Source of the DNA: Squalus acanthias | Lineage: Eukaryota | Length of the DNA stretch: 64,000 nt | Direction: 5' to 3' | Assembly: GCA_030390025.1 (NCBI GenBank) | Contig: JASTWF010000033.1 | Span: 4,528,001 to 4,592,000 of the forward strand | Shown: in pieces, positions 12,899 to 26,867 of the stretch | Layout: each line of letters opens with the position of its first letter | How positions within the stretch are numbered: the stretch's first letter is position 1 | The notes under the pieces: model-generated | What the model saw: only the letters and a program-made list of their open reading frames with translations | Told to the model about the DNA's origin: nothing | Databases searched by the model: none | Translations under genes and position numbers: made by a program

Positions 12899-13223
12899 GT
12901 AAGTGAGTATAACCATTGAATTTGTGGAAATCTGTGTGTGAGCTGGTCTCTAGTTTTGCTCTGTGACTGATAATGTTACATCCTGATCTAGTGGTCACCT
13001 TTGTACAGCGACCCGATCAGTGATAACATTTCGTTTAGTCAAATGACCTGAATTATTTCTGAGGTTTTATTCCATTGCCTCAACTGAAAGTAAAACTCTG
13101 TTTGTAACTCACGGGCTCGCTGTGTTATGATGTTATTGACTTTCTTGTAATATTGTGTACTGTTGAATCAGACCTCAGTGTAAGGAACGCTCTGAGAGAA
13201 GGTATTAGTGGAAGGGACTCTCA

Positions 13224-13857
13224 CTGTAGAACTGTACTGAGTGTGGGTCACTAACCGGAGTAGAACACCTGACCCAGTGGCCATGTATTACTGGGATTAT
13301 CTCTCACTGTAGAATTGTACTGAGTGTGGGTCACTAACCGGAGTGGAGCACCTGACCCCAGTGGCCATGTATTACTGGGAGTATCTGTCACTGTAGAACT
13401 GTACTGAGTGTGGGTCACTAACTGGAGTGGAACACCTGATCCAGTGGCCATGTATTACTGGGATTATCTGTCACTGTAGAATTGTACTGAGTGTGGGTCA
13501 CTAACCGGAGTGGAGCACCTGACCACAGTGGCCATGTATTACTGGGAGTATCTTTCGCTGTAGAATTGTACTGAGTGTGGGTCACTAAACGGAGTGGAAC
13601 ACCTGACCCCAGTAGCCATGTATTACTGGGAGTATCTGTCACTGTAGAACTGTACTGAGAGTGGGTCACTAACCGGAGTGGAACACCTGACCCCAGTAGC
13701 CATGTATTACTGGGAGTATCTGTCACTGTAGAACTGTACTGAGAGTGGGTCACTAACCGGAGTGGAACACCTGACCCCAGTAGCCATGTAATACTGGGAG
13801 TATCTGTCACTGTAGAATTGCACTGAGTGTAGGTCACTAACCGGAGTGAAACACCTA
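13224..13857. repeat. 84-bp minisatellite, ~7.5 copies
   Basis: Unit CTGTAGAACTGTACTGAGTGTGGGTCACTAACCGGAGTGGAACACCTGACCCCAGTAGCCATGTATTACTGGGAGTATCTGTCA. Confidence 0.95.
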
Positions 13858-15470
13858 TAGACTCTGGAACAGTTCCCATGGATTGGAGGGTAGCTAATGT
13901 AACCCCACTATTATAAAAAATGGTAGAGAGAAAATGGGGAATTATAGACCGGTAAGCCTGACATCGGTAGTGGGGAAAATGTTAGAGTCCATTACAAAAG
14001 ATGTAATAGCAGAGCACTTGGAAAACAGTGACAGGATTGGAAAAAAGTCAACATGGATTTACAAAAGTTAAATCATGCTTGACTAATCTACTGGAATTTT
14101 TTGAGGATGTAACTATTAGAATAGATTAGTGAGAACCAGTGGATGTAGTGTATTTGGAATTTCAGAAGGCTTTCGATAAGGTCCCGCATAAGAGATTAGC
14201 GTGCAAAGTTAAAACACATGGGATTGGGGGTAAGGTACTGTCTTGGATAGAAAACTGGTTGGCAGGCAGGAAGCAAAGAGTTGAAATAAACGGGACTTTT
14301 TCCGAGTGGCAGGCAGTGACCAGTGGGGTACCGCAGGGATCGGTGCTAGGACCCCAGTTATTCACAATATTTATCAATGATCTAGACGAGGAAACTAGAT
14401 GTAATATCTCCAAGTTTGCAGATAACACAAAACTGGGTGGGCGTGTGTGCTGTGAGGAGGATGCAGAGAAACTCAAGTATGATTTGGACAGGTTCGGTGA
14501 TTGGGCAGATGCATGGCAGATGCAGTATAATGTGGATATATGCGAGGTTATCCACTTTGGTGGCAAAAACAGGAAGGCAGATTATTATCTAAACGGCAAT
14601 AGATTGGGAAAAGGCGAAATGCAACGAGACCTGGGTGTCCCTGTGCACAAGTCGCTGAAGGTAAGCATGCAGGTGCAGCAGGCGGTTAAGAAGGGAAATG
14701 GTATGTTGTCCTTCATAGCGAGAGGATTCGAGTACAGGAGCAAGGATGTCTTGCTGCAGTTGTACAGGGCCTTGGTGAGACCACACATTGAATATTTTGT
14801 GCAGTTTTGGTCGCCTTATCAAAGGAAGGATGTTCTTGCCATGGAGGGAGTGCAGCGAAGATTCAACAGATTGATACCCGGGATGGCAGGAATGACGTAT
14901 GAAGAGAGATTGGGTCGATTGAGCTTGTATTCGCTAGAGTTTAGAAGAATGAGAGGGGATCTCATTGAAACTTATAAAATTCTAACAGGACTAGACAGAC
15001 TAGATGCAGGAAGGATGTTCCCGATGGTGGGGGAGTCCAGAACCAGGGTTAACAATCTAAGGATAAGGGGTAAGCCATTTAGGACTGAGATGAGGAGGAA
15101 TTTCTTCACCCAGAGAGTGGTGAACCTGTGGAATTCTCTACCACAGAAGACAGTTGAGTCCAATTCATTAAATATATTCAAGAAGAAGTTAGTTATATTT
15201 CTTAAGGCTAAGGTGATCAAGGGATATGGGGAGAAAGTAGGGACAGGGTCCTGAATTTGGATGATCAGCCATGATCGCATTGAATGGCGGTGCAGGCTCG
15301 AGGGGTCGAATGGCCTACTCCTGCTCCTATTTTCGATGTTTCTATCCCAGTGGCAGGAAACGGCTATTGAGGTCGATGATCAGCCATGATTTTATTGAAT
15401 GGCGGAGCTGGTTCGAGGGGCCGAATGGGCTACTCCTGCTCCTATTTCTGATGTTCTTATGTTCATATAT
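13858..15470 (+). mobile_element. CR1 (5'-truncated, RT to 3' end) followed by a second CR1 3' tail
   Basis: ORF 14139..15254 (371 aa) with [17 protein letters not shown]1 C-terminus. Confidence 0.95.
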
Positions 15471-15719
15471 AAGTTGAAATGCATTGATAATGCTTTGTTT
15501 CCTATTGAACTTCACCAACAGAAACAGATGTTAACTAATTACTGACAGATAAACATGAGGACAGCAGTGTCAAAGTATTCAAATCCTATGTATATTGACT
15601 TATTCTTACTCTATGTAGAAATATTGTAAACACTTTAATTGTTTTGGTGCTGATTAATCACCTTCCCCCAACACCGCCCTGAGAATCTGTGGGTCATGAG
15701 CGCTGAATTTCATTATGTT

Positions 15720-17345
15720 ACATAGAAGCATAGAAGATAGGAGCAGGAGTCGGTCATTCGGCCCCTCGAGCCTGCACCGCCAATTAATGAGATCATGGCT
15801 GACCATCCAAATTTAGTACGCTGTCCCTGCTTTCTCCCCATATACCTTGATCTCTTTAGCCTTAAGAAATATATCTATCTCCTTCTTGAATATATTTGCT
15901 GAATTAGCCTCAACTGCCTTCTGTGGTACAGAATTCCACAGGTTCACCACTCTCTGGGTGAAGAAATTCCTCCTCATCTCAGACCGAAATGGCTTACCCC
16001 TTATCATTAGACTGTGACCTCTGGATCTGGACTCCCTCGCCTTCGGGAAAATCGTTCCTGCATCTAGTCTGCCTAGTCCTGTTAGAATTTTATAAGTTTC
16101 AATGAGATCCCCTCTCCTTCTTCGAAACTCTAGCGAATATAAGCCTAATCGACCCAATCTCTCTTCATACGTCATTCCTGCCATCCCAGGTATCAGTCTG
16201 GTAAATCTTCGCTGCACTCCCTCCATGGCAAGAACATCCTTCCTTGGATAAGGCGACCAAAACTGCACGCAATACTCAAGGTATGACTCACCAAGGCCTT
16301 GTACAACTGCAGCAAGACATATTTGCTCCTGTACTCGATTCCTCTCGCTATGAAGGCCGACATACCATTTGCCTTCTTATCCGCCTGCTGCACCTGCATG
16401 CTTACCTTCAGCGACTGATGCACAAGGACTCCCAGATAACGTTGCACTTCCCCTTTTCCCAATCTATCGCCGTTCAGATAATAATCTGTCTTCCTGTTTT
16501 TGCAACCAAAGTGGATAACCTCGCATTTATCCACATTATACTGCATCGGCATGCATCTGCCCAATCACCCAACCTGTCAAAATCATACTGGAGTTTATCT
16601 GCATCCTCCTCATAGCACACATGCCAACCCAGCTTTGTGTCGTCTGCAAACTTAGAGATATTACATCTAGTAACCTCGTCTAGATCATTAATATATATTG
16701 TGAATAGCTGGGGTCCTAGCACCGATCCCTGCGGTACCCCACTAGTCACTGTCTGCCACTCGGAAAAAAGATCCGTTTATTCCAACTCTTTGCTTCCTCT
16801 CTGCCAACCAGTTCTCTTTCCAAATCAGTACCTTACCCCCAATCCCATGTGCTTTAACTTTGCACGCTAATCTCTTATGCGGGACGTTATGGAAAGCCTT
16901 CTGAAAGTCCAAATACACCACATCCACTGGTTCTCCCTTATCTATTCTACCAGTTACATCCTCAAAAAATTCCAGTGGATTAGTCAAGCACGATTTACCT
17001 TTTGTAAATCCATGTTGACTTTGTCCGATCCTGTCACTGTTTTCCAAGGGCTCTGCTGTTACATCTTTTATAATGGACTCTAGCATTTTCCCCACTACCG
17101 ATGTCAGTCTTACCTGTCTATAGTTCCCCGTTTTTTCTCTACCACCTTTTTTAAATAGTAGGGTTATATTAGCTACCCTCCAATCCATGGGAACTGTTCC
17201 AGAATCTTTAGAATTTTGAAAGATGACCAGCAATGCATCTACTATTTCTAGGCCCACTTCCTTAAGTACCCTAGGATGTAGATTATCAGGCCCTGGGGAT
17301 TTATCGGCCTTCAATCCCGTCAATTTCCCTACAAATTCTGATTTC
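15720..17345 (-). mobile_element. CR1 (5'-truncated, frameshifted)
   Basis: ORFs 16742..17347, 16474..16749 (FADD), 16193..16564, 15813..16268; rc tail at 15720. Confidence 0.95.
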
Positions 17346-17729
17346 ATTCAATTCCTCCCTCTCATTAGACAGAATGAATATTGGGCTGTGGTTATTGATT
17401 ATTCCACTTCTGTAACTGATTAAGGTTTGACGAACCAGTTCTTACCTCTGATTCAGAGTCTCTGCACAGGTAAACTGCAACGATCTCTGGCCTTAGCTCA
17501 GTGAGGTGAGTCCCTGCGAGGAGAGACATGCATAACTGAAGAACATGTATATCAGGTTTTCATAATACACATATCAGTCCCGAGGACAGTAAATAATAGC
17601 ATTAGTAAATTGATAAAGATTTAATATATAGGGCAATGCCTCAATAAATAAAACACTTCAATATCCGCAATGATTAAATTAACTGATGAATGTGATTAAT
17701 TTGTACTGAAGTTACGGAGAACGCCTTAG

Positions 17730-19840
17730 AATTTACAGCACAAAACAGGCCATTCGGCCTCACTAGGTTATGCAAGTGTTGATGCTCCACAGGAGCCTCA
17801 TCCCACCCCTCTTCATCTCACCCTATCAGCATAACCTTCTACTGCTTTCTACCTCGTGTACTTCTCTCGCTTTCCCTTCAATGCTTCTCTGCTATTCGCA
17901 TCAAGTACTCCAAGTTGTAGCGAGTTCCACATTCTAACCAATCTCTGTGTAAAGACATTTCTCCTCAATTCCGTATTGGATTTATTAGTGACTCTCTTTT
18001 ATCGATAATCTCCAATTTTGCACTCACGTCACAAGTATAAACATCTACCCTATGTTACCCCTTCAAAATTTAAAGGCCTCCATTAGGCCACCCCTCAGCC
18101 TTCTTTTTTGTAAAGAAAGGAGCCCCAGCCTGTTCAATCTTTCCTGATGCTTATAATGTCTCAGTTCTGGTGTCATCCTTGTAAAAATATTACACTTTCT
18201 CCTGAGCATTAATATCCTTAATGTAATATGGAGATCAGAACTGCACACAGTACGCTCAGTGTGGTATAACCAAGGTTCAATATAAGTTTAAGCTAACCTC
18301 TTTGCTTTACGATTCTATTCTTCTAGAAATGAACCCCAGTGCTTTGTTTCCATGTTTATGGCCTTGTTAACATGCGTTGCTACTTTAAATGATTTGTTAA
18401 TCGGTGCCCCTCTACCCCATTCCCACTCTGATTTCCAAGGGGTATTTGGGAAACTTATTCTTCCTAGCAAAATGCAGTACCTCTCACTTAGCTATATTGA
18501 AATTAATTTGCCATTTAAACGCCCTTTCTGCAAGTTTATTAATGTCTTCAGGTATTGTGTTGCATTCTTCCTCTGTATTAACTGTACTTCCAATTTGGAT
18601 TCATCTGCAAATTTTGAATTTGTTCTTCTGCTTCCCGATTCAATATCGTTTATGTAAATGGTGAACATCAATGATTGCAACGCCGATCCTTGTGGAACAT
18701 CACATCTCACCATCCACCTATCTGAGTAAATAGCTTTATCCACAACTCCCTATTTTCTGTTGTTGCAGCTATCTTGCTATCCATTCTGCTGCTTGTCTCC
18801 TAACTCCACTTGCTCTGTGATTCAGTCTGCTATGTGGTACCTTATCGAATGGCTTTAAAAAATCAAATATATCTCCTGCATAACCCTTATCTAATCTTTC
18901 TGATACTTATTCAAAGAATTCACTAAGGTTACTCAAGCAAGACATTCCAAAGTGGGTGCAGGAACAGAGGGACCTCGGGTATATGTACTAAAATCGTGGA
19001 AGGTGGCAGGGCAGGTTGAGAAATGCTTACTGGAATCTGAGCTTTATAAATAGAGGCATAGAGTACAAAAGCAAAGAAGTTATGATAAACATTTATGAAA
19101 CATTGGTTCGGTCACAACTGGAGTATTGTGTCCAATTCTGGGCACCGCACTTTAGGAAGGGGCATGAAGGCTTTAGAGAGGGTGCAGAAAAGATTGACAA
19201 GAATGTTTCCAGGGCTGAGAGACTTCAGTTATGTAGATATGCTAGAGAAACTGGGAGTGTTCTCATTAGAGCAGAGAAGATTGAGAGGAGATTTGATAGA
19301 GGTTATCAAAATCATGAGGGGTCGAGACAGAGTAGACAGAGAGAAGCTGTTCCCATTGGTGGAACGGTCAAGAACCAGAGGACCCAGGTTTTAGGTGATG
19401 TGCTGAAGATCCAAAGGTGACATGAGGAAAAACTTTTTAAGGCAACGTTGGGTTATGATCTGGAATGCACTGCCTGAAAGGGTGATGCAGGCAGATTCAA
19501 TCGTGGCTTTCAAAAAGGAATGGGATAAGTACCTGAAGGAAAATAATTGCAGGGCTACGGTGAAAGGGCGGGGGATTGGGATTAGCTGCATGGCATGTGC
19601 AGAGAATGAGCACGGGCTCGACAGGCCGAATGGCCTCCTTCTGTGCTGTAAACATTCTATGATTTCCTTTTGGAAAACCTGCTGACTACTCGTTATTATA
19701 TTTTGTGTTTCTAGATGTTTTTCTGTTACATCTTTGAGTAAGGATTCCATTAACTTTCCTACCATCGACGTTATGCTTACTGGTCTGCAGATCCATGGAA
19801 TTGTTCTATCTTCCATGTTATATACAGGAATAACATTTAA
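17730..19840 (-). mobile_element. old, degraded CR1 with a younger + strand CR1 3' end nested at ~18950-19665
   Basis: Minus-strand DVPQGS..FADE (18492..18743) continues at 19665-19840 (RPVSITSMVGKLMES); + strand ORFs 19016..19685 are CR1 C-terminal. Confidence 0.8.
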
Positions 19841-19849
19841 ATGGTGAAC

Positions 19850-21245
19850 CCCAGTGATCTTCCATTCCCTTCCTCGACTTCTCGATCTTCATTTCAGGGT
19901 CTAGGCCATCCACCAATATCTACTATAATCCCACGAACTCCCAGGAATCTTGAGTAGACTTCCTACCACCCGGCTTCCTGGAAGGGCTATATTCTATTCT
20001 CAAAGTTTCTCTGCCACCGTTGCATATGTTCTGACGATGCCACCTTTCACACCAGTGCTTCCGAAATGTCTTCATATTTCCTCAGCCGAGTATTCACCTC
20101 CATTGTGAATGACAGGGCCCTCGACCGTGTCAATCTGCATTGCTCCCATCACCCCTTGTCCTCAGCTTCACTGCACCAGACTTCAGATTCAACGGATCAT
20201 CCTCTGCCATTTCCATCATGTCCAGCTAAGGCCAACAACAAACATATCTTCCCCTGCACTCCCATCCCCCCGGCCCTCGCAACACCCTGGTCCACTCTTC
20301 CATCACCACTAACATCTGCTCCCCTTTCCCGGCACCTTTCTATGCAAGCGCAGGAGATGCAACAGCTGCCCTTTCCCATCTTTCCATCCCACCAGCCAAG
20401 GCCTCATACATTCCATCCACGTGAAAGACTAATTTACTTGTACTTCCACCGATGTAGTAAATCATACTCGCTGCCCACGATCCAGTCTCCTGTACATTGG
20501 GTGGACTAAGCACAGATTGGGTGATTGCTTTGCTGAACGCCTCCGTTCAGTCCACAAGTGTGATCCAGAGCTTCAGCTCACTTCCCACTTTAATTCTGCA
20601 TCTTCACTCCCACTCTGAACTCTCTGTTCTCGGCCTCCTGCACTGTTCCCATTTTAAACTCAATGAGGAACAGCACCTTATTTTTCGATTCGGCATTTTA
20701 TTGCCTGCCGGATTCAACACTAAGTTTAAAAACTTCAGATCATAACCTCCGCTCCCGTTTTCTCGGACGACATGTGCTGGTAATGGAGGATGGCTCCACC
20801 AGAGCCACTGGGAGTGGAGGAGGTTTGGGCTGGGGCTTGGGGTGGCGATCCCGGTACACGGTCAGCGGGCTGGCCCAAACACCTGGGGTACACCCAACTT
20901 TATCTGCCACATGTGCCCTACTACCCCTCCCCCTTGTTATTCTGCTGTAACCATTTACACCTCCTCTAGACCCATCTTCTGTTTCTTTAATTCTCCCATT
21001 CGCCATGCACCATCATCCCTTTAGTCATTGAATCACTCCTGCCCTCCAACCAATCAGAGAGATTACTATTTTTTCTATCCTTATGCTAAAGCACTTTTCT
21101 GTGACTCTATCATTGCTTTAATACTGATAATATCTGGAATCGTCCAGTTCTGATGAAAGGTCATGGACCTGAAATGTTAACTCTGTTTCTCTCTGCACAG
21201 ATGCTGCCTGACCCGCTGAGTGTTTTCAGCATTGTATTTTTTAAT
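19850..21245 (+). mobile_element. degraded Penelope-like element (RT C-terminus, GIY-YIG remnant, pLTR)
   Basis: PFLD..STNIYY.PT.S, ICSDD; LLYIG.TK.RLGD.FAE (~20490-20540); terminal repeat with hammerhead motif. Confidence 0.8.
21146..21182 (+). ncRNA. minimal type I hammerhead ribozyme motif (Penelope-associated)
   Basis: AGTT-CTGATGA-A-AGGTC ATG GACCT-GAAA-TGTT-AACT: core boxes intact, stems I and II pair. Confidence 0.7.
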
Positions 21246-21249
21246 AAAT

Positions 21250-24030
21250 TAAAGCTAGTATTAAGTAAAAGGAGGAAGCTTGTAAAGTTGCCAGAAAACA
21301 CGGTCAGCCTGAGGATTGGGATCTTTTAGAAATCAGTAAAGGGGGACCAAGAAATGGATAAAGAAAGGGAAAATGGAATATGAGCACAAATTAGCGAAAA
21401 ATATAAAAACGGATTGTAAAAGCTTCTATAGGTATGTGAAAAGGAAAAGACTGGCGAAGGTAAATGTAGGTCCTTTACACTCAGAGATAGGATCATTTAT
21501 AATGGGGAATGAGGAAATGTCCGGGAAATTAAATAAATACTTTGTTTCTGTCTTCACGGAGGAAGACACAAAAAACCTGCCAGAAATACGAGAAAACCAA
21601 GGGTGTGGCGTGAATGAAGAACATAATGGCCCAGAAATTGGAGTTCGATGGTTGCCGCGGGGGTAAGGATCCCCCGCGATATCGCACTCCTCGCCTACCT
21701 TTATGGTTTTGTCCCACACGAGCTTCAGTTCCTGGGCCTCTCCCTGGTGCCGGCGCGCAGTGTGTGCGTGTCCCAGAGGCGCAGTTAATTCGATGCGACC
21801 TCTGGGATCACGTGGGCCTGATAGAGCCAAAGGCAGCACACCATCTTTCATTCATTGTTTTGACGGCAAGAGCTGTCAAAACTATGAATACAACAAGCGC
21901 CCAAAAGAACAGCTAAACCTCAATTAAATTTAAAAAAGCCATCACATTAATAAAATAACTATAGTTAAATAAATTAACCACTTTAAACAAAAATTAAAAT
22001 TTTTGAAAAAATTTAAATTCTTTTTAAAAGTTATAAAAATAAACTTACCTTTCTTTAAAGTCTCTAAAAATGATAAACCTGTTGAAAAAAATTTAAAATA
22101 ATACTTAATTAACTACTTACCTTGTTAAAAGGGGGTCTTACGCCTGCTATCTTTATGTGTAAAATCTTCAACACTTCCCTGCGCTTTCAAACCTGAAAAA
22201 AAAACTAAGTGCGCTGCGTGCGCACAACCTGTAGCGCGCACGTTGTTCACTTAGGAACCGCCCCCTTCGCAATACCCGAAGTGCCGGTTTCCCACGCATG
22301 CGCAGTGCATGCAGGAAACCGGCACTTCGGGACCTCATACGCGAGAGTACACAGTTTGTACTCTCCCGTATTCGGTCTAATTTTAGGGCCAATTAAATTA
22401 TTATTCGTAAAAAAGCAGTACTAGCAAAATTAATGGGACTAAAAGTCGATAAATCTCAAGGACCGGATGACCGACATCCTCGAGTGTTGTAAGAGGTAGC
22501 CATTGGGATAGTGGACGCATTGGTTGTCATCTTCCAAAAATCTATAGATTCTAGAATGGTTCCTGCAGATTGGAGGATAGCAAATGTAACCTGCTTTTTA
22601 AGAAAGGATGGAGTGAGAAAAGGGGATCTACAGACCTCTTAGTCTCACATCAGTCGTTGGGAAAATGCTAGAATCTATTATAAAGGATGCAAGCACTGGG
22701 CACTTCGAAACTAATAGTATGATTGGGCAGAGTCAACATGGATTTATGAAAGGGAAGGCCTGTTTGACAAACCTATTGGAGTTCTTTGAGGATGTAACTA
22801 CTGGAGTAGACAAAGGGGAACCGGTAGATTTGGTGCATTTGGATTTTCAGAAGGCCTTCGATAAGGTCCCACACAAGAGGTTGGTGAACAAAATTAGGGC
22901 ACATGGAATTGGGGGTAATATACTAGCATGGATTGGGAATTGATTAACAGACAGGAAACAGAGTAGGGATAAACGAGTCTTTTTCAGGATGGCAGGCTGT
23001 GACTAGTGGGGTACCGCAAGGATCGGTGCTTGGGCCCCAGCTATTCACAATCTATATCAATGATTTGGATGATGTGACTAAATGTAACATTTCCAAATTT
23101 ACTGATGACACGAAGCTAGGTGGCAGTGTCAGTTGCTAAGAGGATGTGAAGAGGCTTCAAGGGGATGTCGACAGGCTCAGTGAGTGGGCGAGAAGATAGC
23201 AGATGGATTATAATGAGGATAAATGTGAAGTTATCCACTTTGGTCGAAAAAACGGAAAGGCAGAGTATTTCCTAAATGGTGAAAGATTGGGGAATGCAGA
23301 TGCTCAAAGGTACCTGGGTGTCCTTGTACATGAGTCACGGAAAGTGAATGTGCAGGTGCAGCAAGCCATTAGGAAGGCAAATGGTATGCTGGCCTTCATT
23401 ACAAGAGGACTTGCATGCAGGAGTAAAGAAGTCTTCCTCCAATTCTATAGGGCCTTGGTGAGACCACACCTGGAGTACTGTGTACAATTGTGGTCTCCGA
23501 AGATAAGGAAGGATGTACTTGCCTTAGAGGGAGTGCAACGAAGGTTCACGAGATTTATTCCTGGGATGACGGATCTGTCGTAGGTGAAGTGATTGAGTAA
23601 ACTAGGCCTGTATTCTCTTGAATTCAGAAGAATAAGAGGGGTTCTCATTGAATCATACAAAATTATTACAGGGCTTGATAGGGTGGGTGCTGGGAGAAAG
23701 TTTCCCTTGGCTGGGGAGTCTAGAACTGGGGGCCACAGCCTTTGATAAAGGGTAGGCCATTCAGGACAAGGATAGTAAGAAATTTCTTCACACAGAGGGT
23801 GGTAAATCTTTCGAATTCTCTACCCCAGATGGCTGTGGATGCTCAGTCATTGGGTATATTCAAAACAGGTCGATAGATTGCTGAGTAGTAAGGGCATCAA
23901 GGGAAATGGCTATAAGGCCGGTGAATGGAATTGAGGCAGAAGATCAGCCATGATCTCATTGAATGGCGAAGCAGGCTCGAAGGGCCAAATGTCCTACTGC
24001 TGCTCCTATTTCTTATGTTCTTATGTTCTT
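21250..24030 (+). mobile_element. CR1 ORF2 (degraded) split by a MITE
   Basis: ORFs 21373..21666, 22665..22943, 23203..23583; CR1 frame resumes after 22393; tail (TTCTTATG)n at ~24010. Confidence 0.92.
21628..22390. mobile_element. ~763 bp MITE, same family as 999-1758
   Basis: TIR GGCCCAGAAATT / AATTTTAGGGCC; perfect 3-bp TSD AAT (21625-27, 22391-93) inside a CR1. Confidence 0.88.
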
Positions 24031-24374
24031 ATCAGAATTAAAGCAGTCTCCGTATTTTGCATTTGCTCATATACTTCCGCCTGGATATTAAGAGAGGCGG
24101 GTTATGTACGATGTCCGGAGGGTACAGGGTGGATGTGCAATATCAGACAGGATACCAGGAAGTCCAGCTATTCCCAAACGTTGGGGTGTCTTAACTCCAC
24201 AGCATACGTCCTTTCTCCTTGATTGGTTCCCCACCCCGGAAGTCAGCCTGATTGACAGTCGGGCTTCCAGTCGGTTGGGGTGGGGGGACTCCGGAGCAGG
24301 ACCAGGTAGGTCGGATGGATGAAACCGGGTTGGATGGGGCGTCTGATCCCGTGATGTGTCCGATTAAGGACAAG

Positions 24375-26645
24375 GGGATTTGACCTGTCCCGGGGTGTGT
24401 GACCAATCCCCGGGGGTTTGAACGGTTCTGGGACATTGACTGGTCCCGGGGGATTGACCGGTCCCGGGAGTTTGACCGGTCCCGGGGGTTTGACCGGTCC
24501 CGGGGGTTTGACCTGTCCCGGGAGTTTGACCGGTCCCAGGAGTTTGACCAGTCCCGGGAGTTTAACCGCTCCCTCGGGTGAGACCAGTCCCGGGGGTGTG
24601 ACCGGTCCCGGGGGTTTGAACGATCCCGGGGGTTTGACCAGTCCCAGGGGTGTGACCGGTCCCGGGGTTTGACTGGTCCCGGGGTTTGACTGGTTCCAGG
24701 GGTTTGGCCGGTACCGGGGGTTTGGCCGTCCCGGGGGTTTGATCGGTCCCGGGGTTTGACTGGTTCCGGGGGTTTGACCTGTACCGGGGGTTTGACTGGT
24801 TCCGGGGGGGTTGACCAGTCCTGGGGTTTTCACCGGTCCCGGGGGTTTTGACCGGTCCCAAGTGTGTGACCGGTTCCGGGGGTTCGACCGGTACCGGGGG
24901 TTTGACCGGTCCAGGGGGTTTGACCGGTTCTGGGGATGTGACGGTCCCAGGGGTGTGACCGGTCCCGGGGGTGGGACTGATCCCGGGGTTTTGACCGGTC
25001 CCGGGGGTTTGACCAGTCCCGGGGTTGTGACCGGTCCCGGGGGTTTGACTGGTCCGGGGGGTTTGACCAGTCCCGGGGGTGTGACCAGTCCCGGGGGTTC
25101 GATCAGTACCGGGCGTTTGTCTGGTCCTGGGGATTGACTGGTCCCGGGGGTTTGACTGGTCCCGGTGGTTTGATCTGTCCTGGGGGATTGACCAGTCCAC
25201 GGGGTGTGACCGAACCCGTGGGTTTGACTGGTCCCTTGGGTGTGACCGGTCCCGGGGGTTTGACCGGTCCGGAGGGGTTGACCAGTCCCAGGGGGTTGAC
25301 CGGTCCCGGGGGTTTGACCAGTCCCGGGGGGTTTGACCAGTCCTGGGGGTTTGACCGGTCCCGGGGGGTTGACCGGTCTTGGGGGGGTTGACCGGTCCTG
25401 GGGGTTTGACCGGTCCCGGGGGTTTGACCGGTCCCGGGGGTTTGACAAGTCCCGGGGGTTTGAGCAGTCCCGGGGGTTTGACTGGTCCCGGGGGTTTGAG
25501 CAGTCCCGGGGGTTTGACCAGTCCCACGGGTTTGACCAGTCCCGGGGATGTGACCAGTCCCGGGGGGTTGACCAGTCCCGGGGGTTTGATCGGTCCCGGG
25601 GGTTTGACCAGTGCCGGGGTTTGACCAGTTCCGGGGTTTTGACCCGTCCCTCGGGTTTGACCAGTCCCGGGGGTTTGACCAGTCCCGGGGGTTTGACCTG
25701 TCCCGGGGGTTTAACCAGTTCCAGGGGTTTGAACAGTCCTGGGGGTTGTGATCTGTCCCGGCGCTTTGACCAGTCCCGGGGGATTGACCTGTCCTGGGGG
25801 TTTGACCAGTCCCGGGGGTGTGACCAGTCCCAGGGGTTTGACCAGTCCCGGGGGTGTGACCAGTCCCAGGGGTTTGACCAGTCCCGGGGGATTGACCTGT
25901 CCTGGGGGTTTGACCAGTCCCGGGGGTGTGACCAGTCCCAGGGGTTTGACCGGTCGCGGGGGTTTGACCATTCCCGGGGGATTGACCAGTCCCGGGGCTT
26001 TGACTGGTCCCAGGGAATTGACCGGTCCCGGGGGTTTGACGTGTCCTGGGGGGTTTGACCGGTCCCAGGAGATTGACCGGTCCCGGGGGTTTGACCGTTC
26101 CTGGGGGGTTAGACTGGTCCCGGGGGTTTGACTGGTCCCGGGGGTTTGACCGTTCCCGGGGGTTTGACCAGTCCTGGGGGTTTGACCAGTCCCGGGGGTC
26201 GGACCAGTCCCGGGGGTGTGACCGGTCCCACCGGATGTACCAGTCCCGGGGGTTTGATCGGTCTCGGGGTTTTGACCAGTGCCGGGGGTTTGATCGGTCC
26301 CGGGGGTTTGACCAGTCCCGGGGGTTTAACCGGTCCCGGGGGTGTGACCTGTCCCAGGGGTTTGACCAGTCCTGGGGGTTTCACCAATCCCGGGGGTTTG
26401 ACCAGTCCAGGGGGTTTGACCGGTCCCTGGGGGTTGTCTAGTTCTGGGGCTTTGACCAGTCCTGGGGTGTGTGGCCGCACCCGGGGGTTTGACCGGTACT
26501 GGGGGTATGACTGGTCCCGGTGGTTTGACCGGTCCCGGGGGGTTGACCGGTCCCGGGAGTGTGACCGTTCCCGGGGTTTTTACTGCTCCCAGGGGGTTTG
26601 ACCAGTCTTGGGGGTTTGACCGGTATCGGGGGCGTGACCAATCCC
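24375..26645. repeat. GC-rich ~18-bp minisatellite (GGGGGTTTGACCRGTCCC)n, ~125 copies
   Basis: Direct tandem repeats. Confidence 0.96.
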
Positions 26646-26867
26646 CAGTCTTGGAGATGTCCGATCCGGACACAGAAACATAGAAACATAGAAGATAGGA
26701 GCAGTCAGTCTGTGCTGGTGTTTATCCTCCACATCAGTCACCTCTCATTGCATCGACCTCATCTCAGTCTCTCAGAATATCTTTCTATTCCCCTTTCTTG
26801 CATTTACTGGTTTAGTTTCATTCTGAAATAATCTAAACTATTTTCCTCAAGCACTTCCTGTGGTAGT

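Noticed and set aside
24243..26689. Long Pro/Gly-rich 'collagen/extensin-like' ORFs (up to 401 aa)
   Set aside because: Translations of the 18-bp minisatellite, open in several frames on both strands, with no splice or signal features
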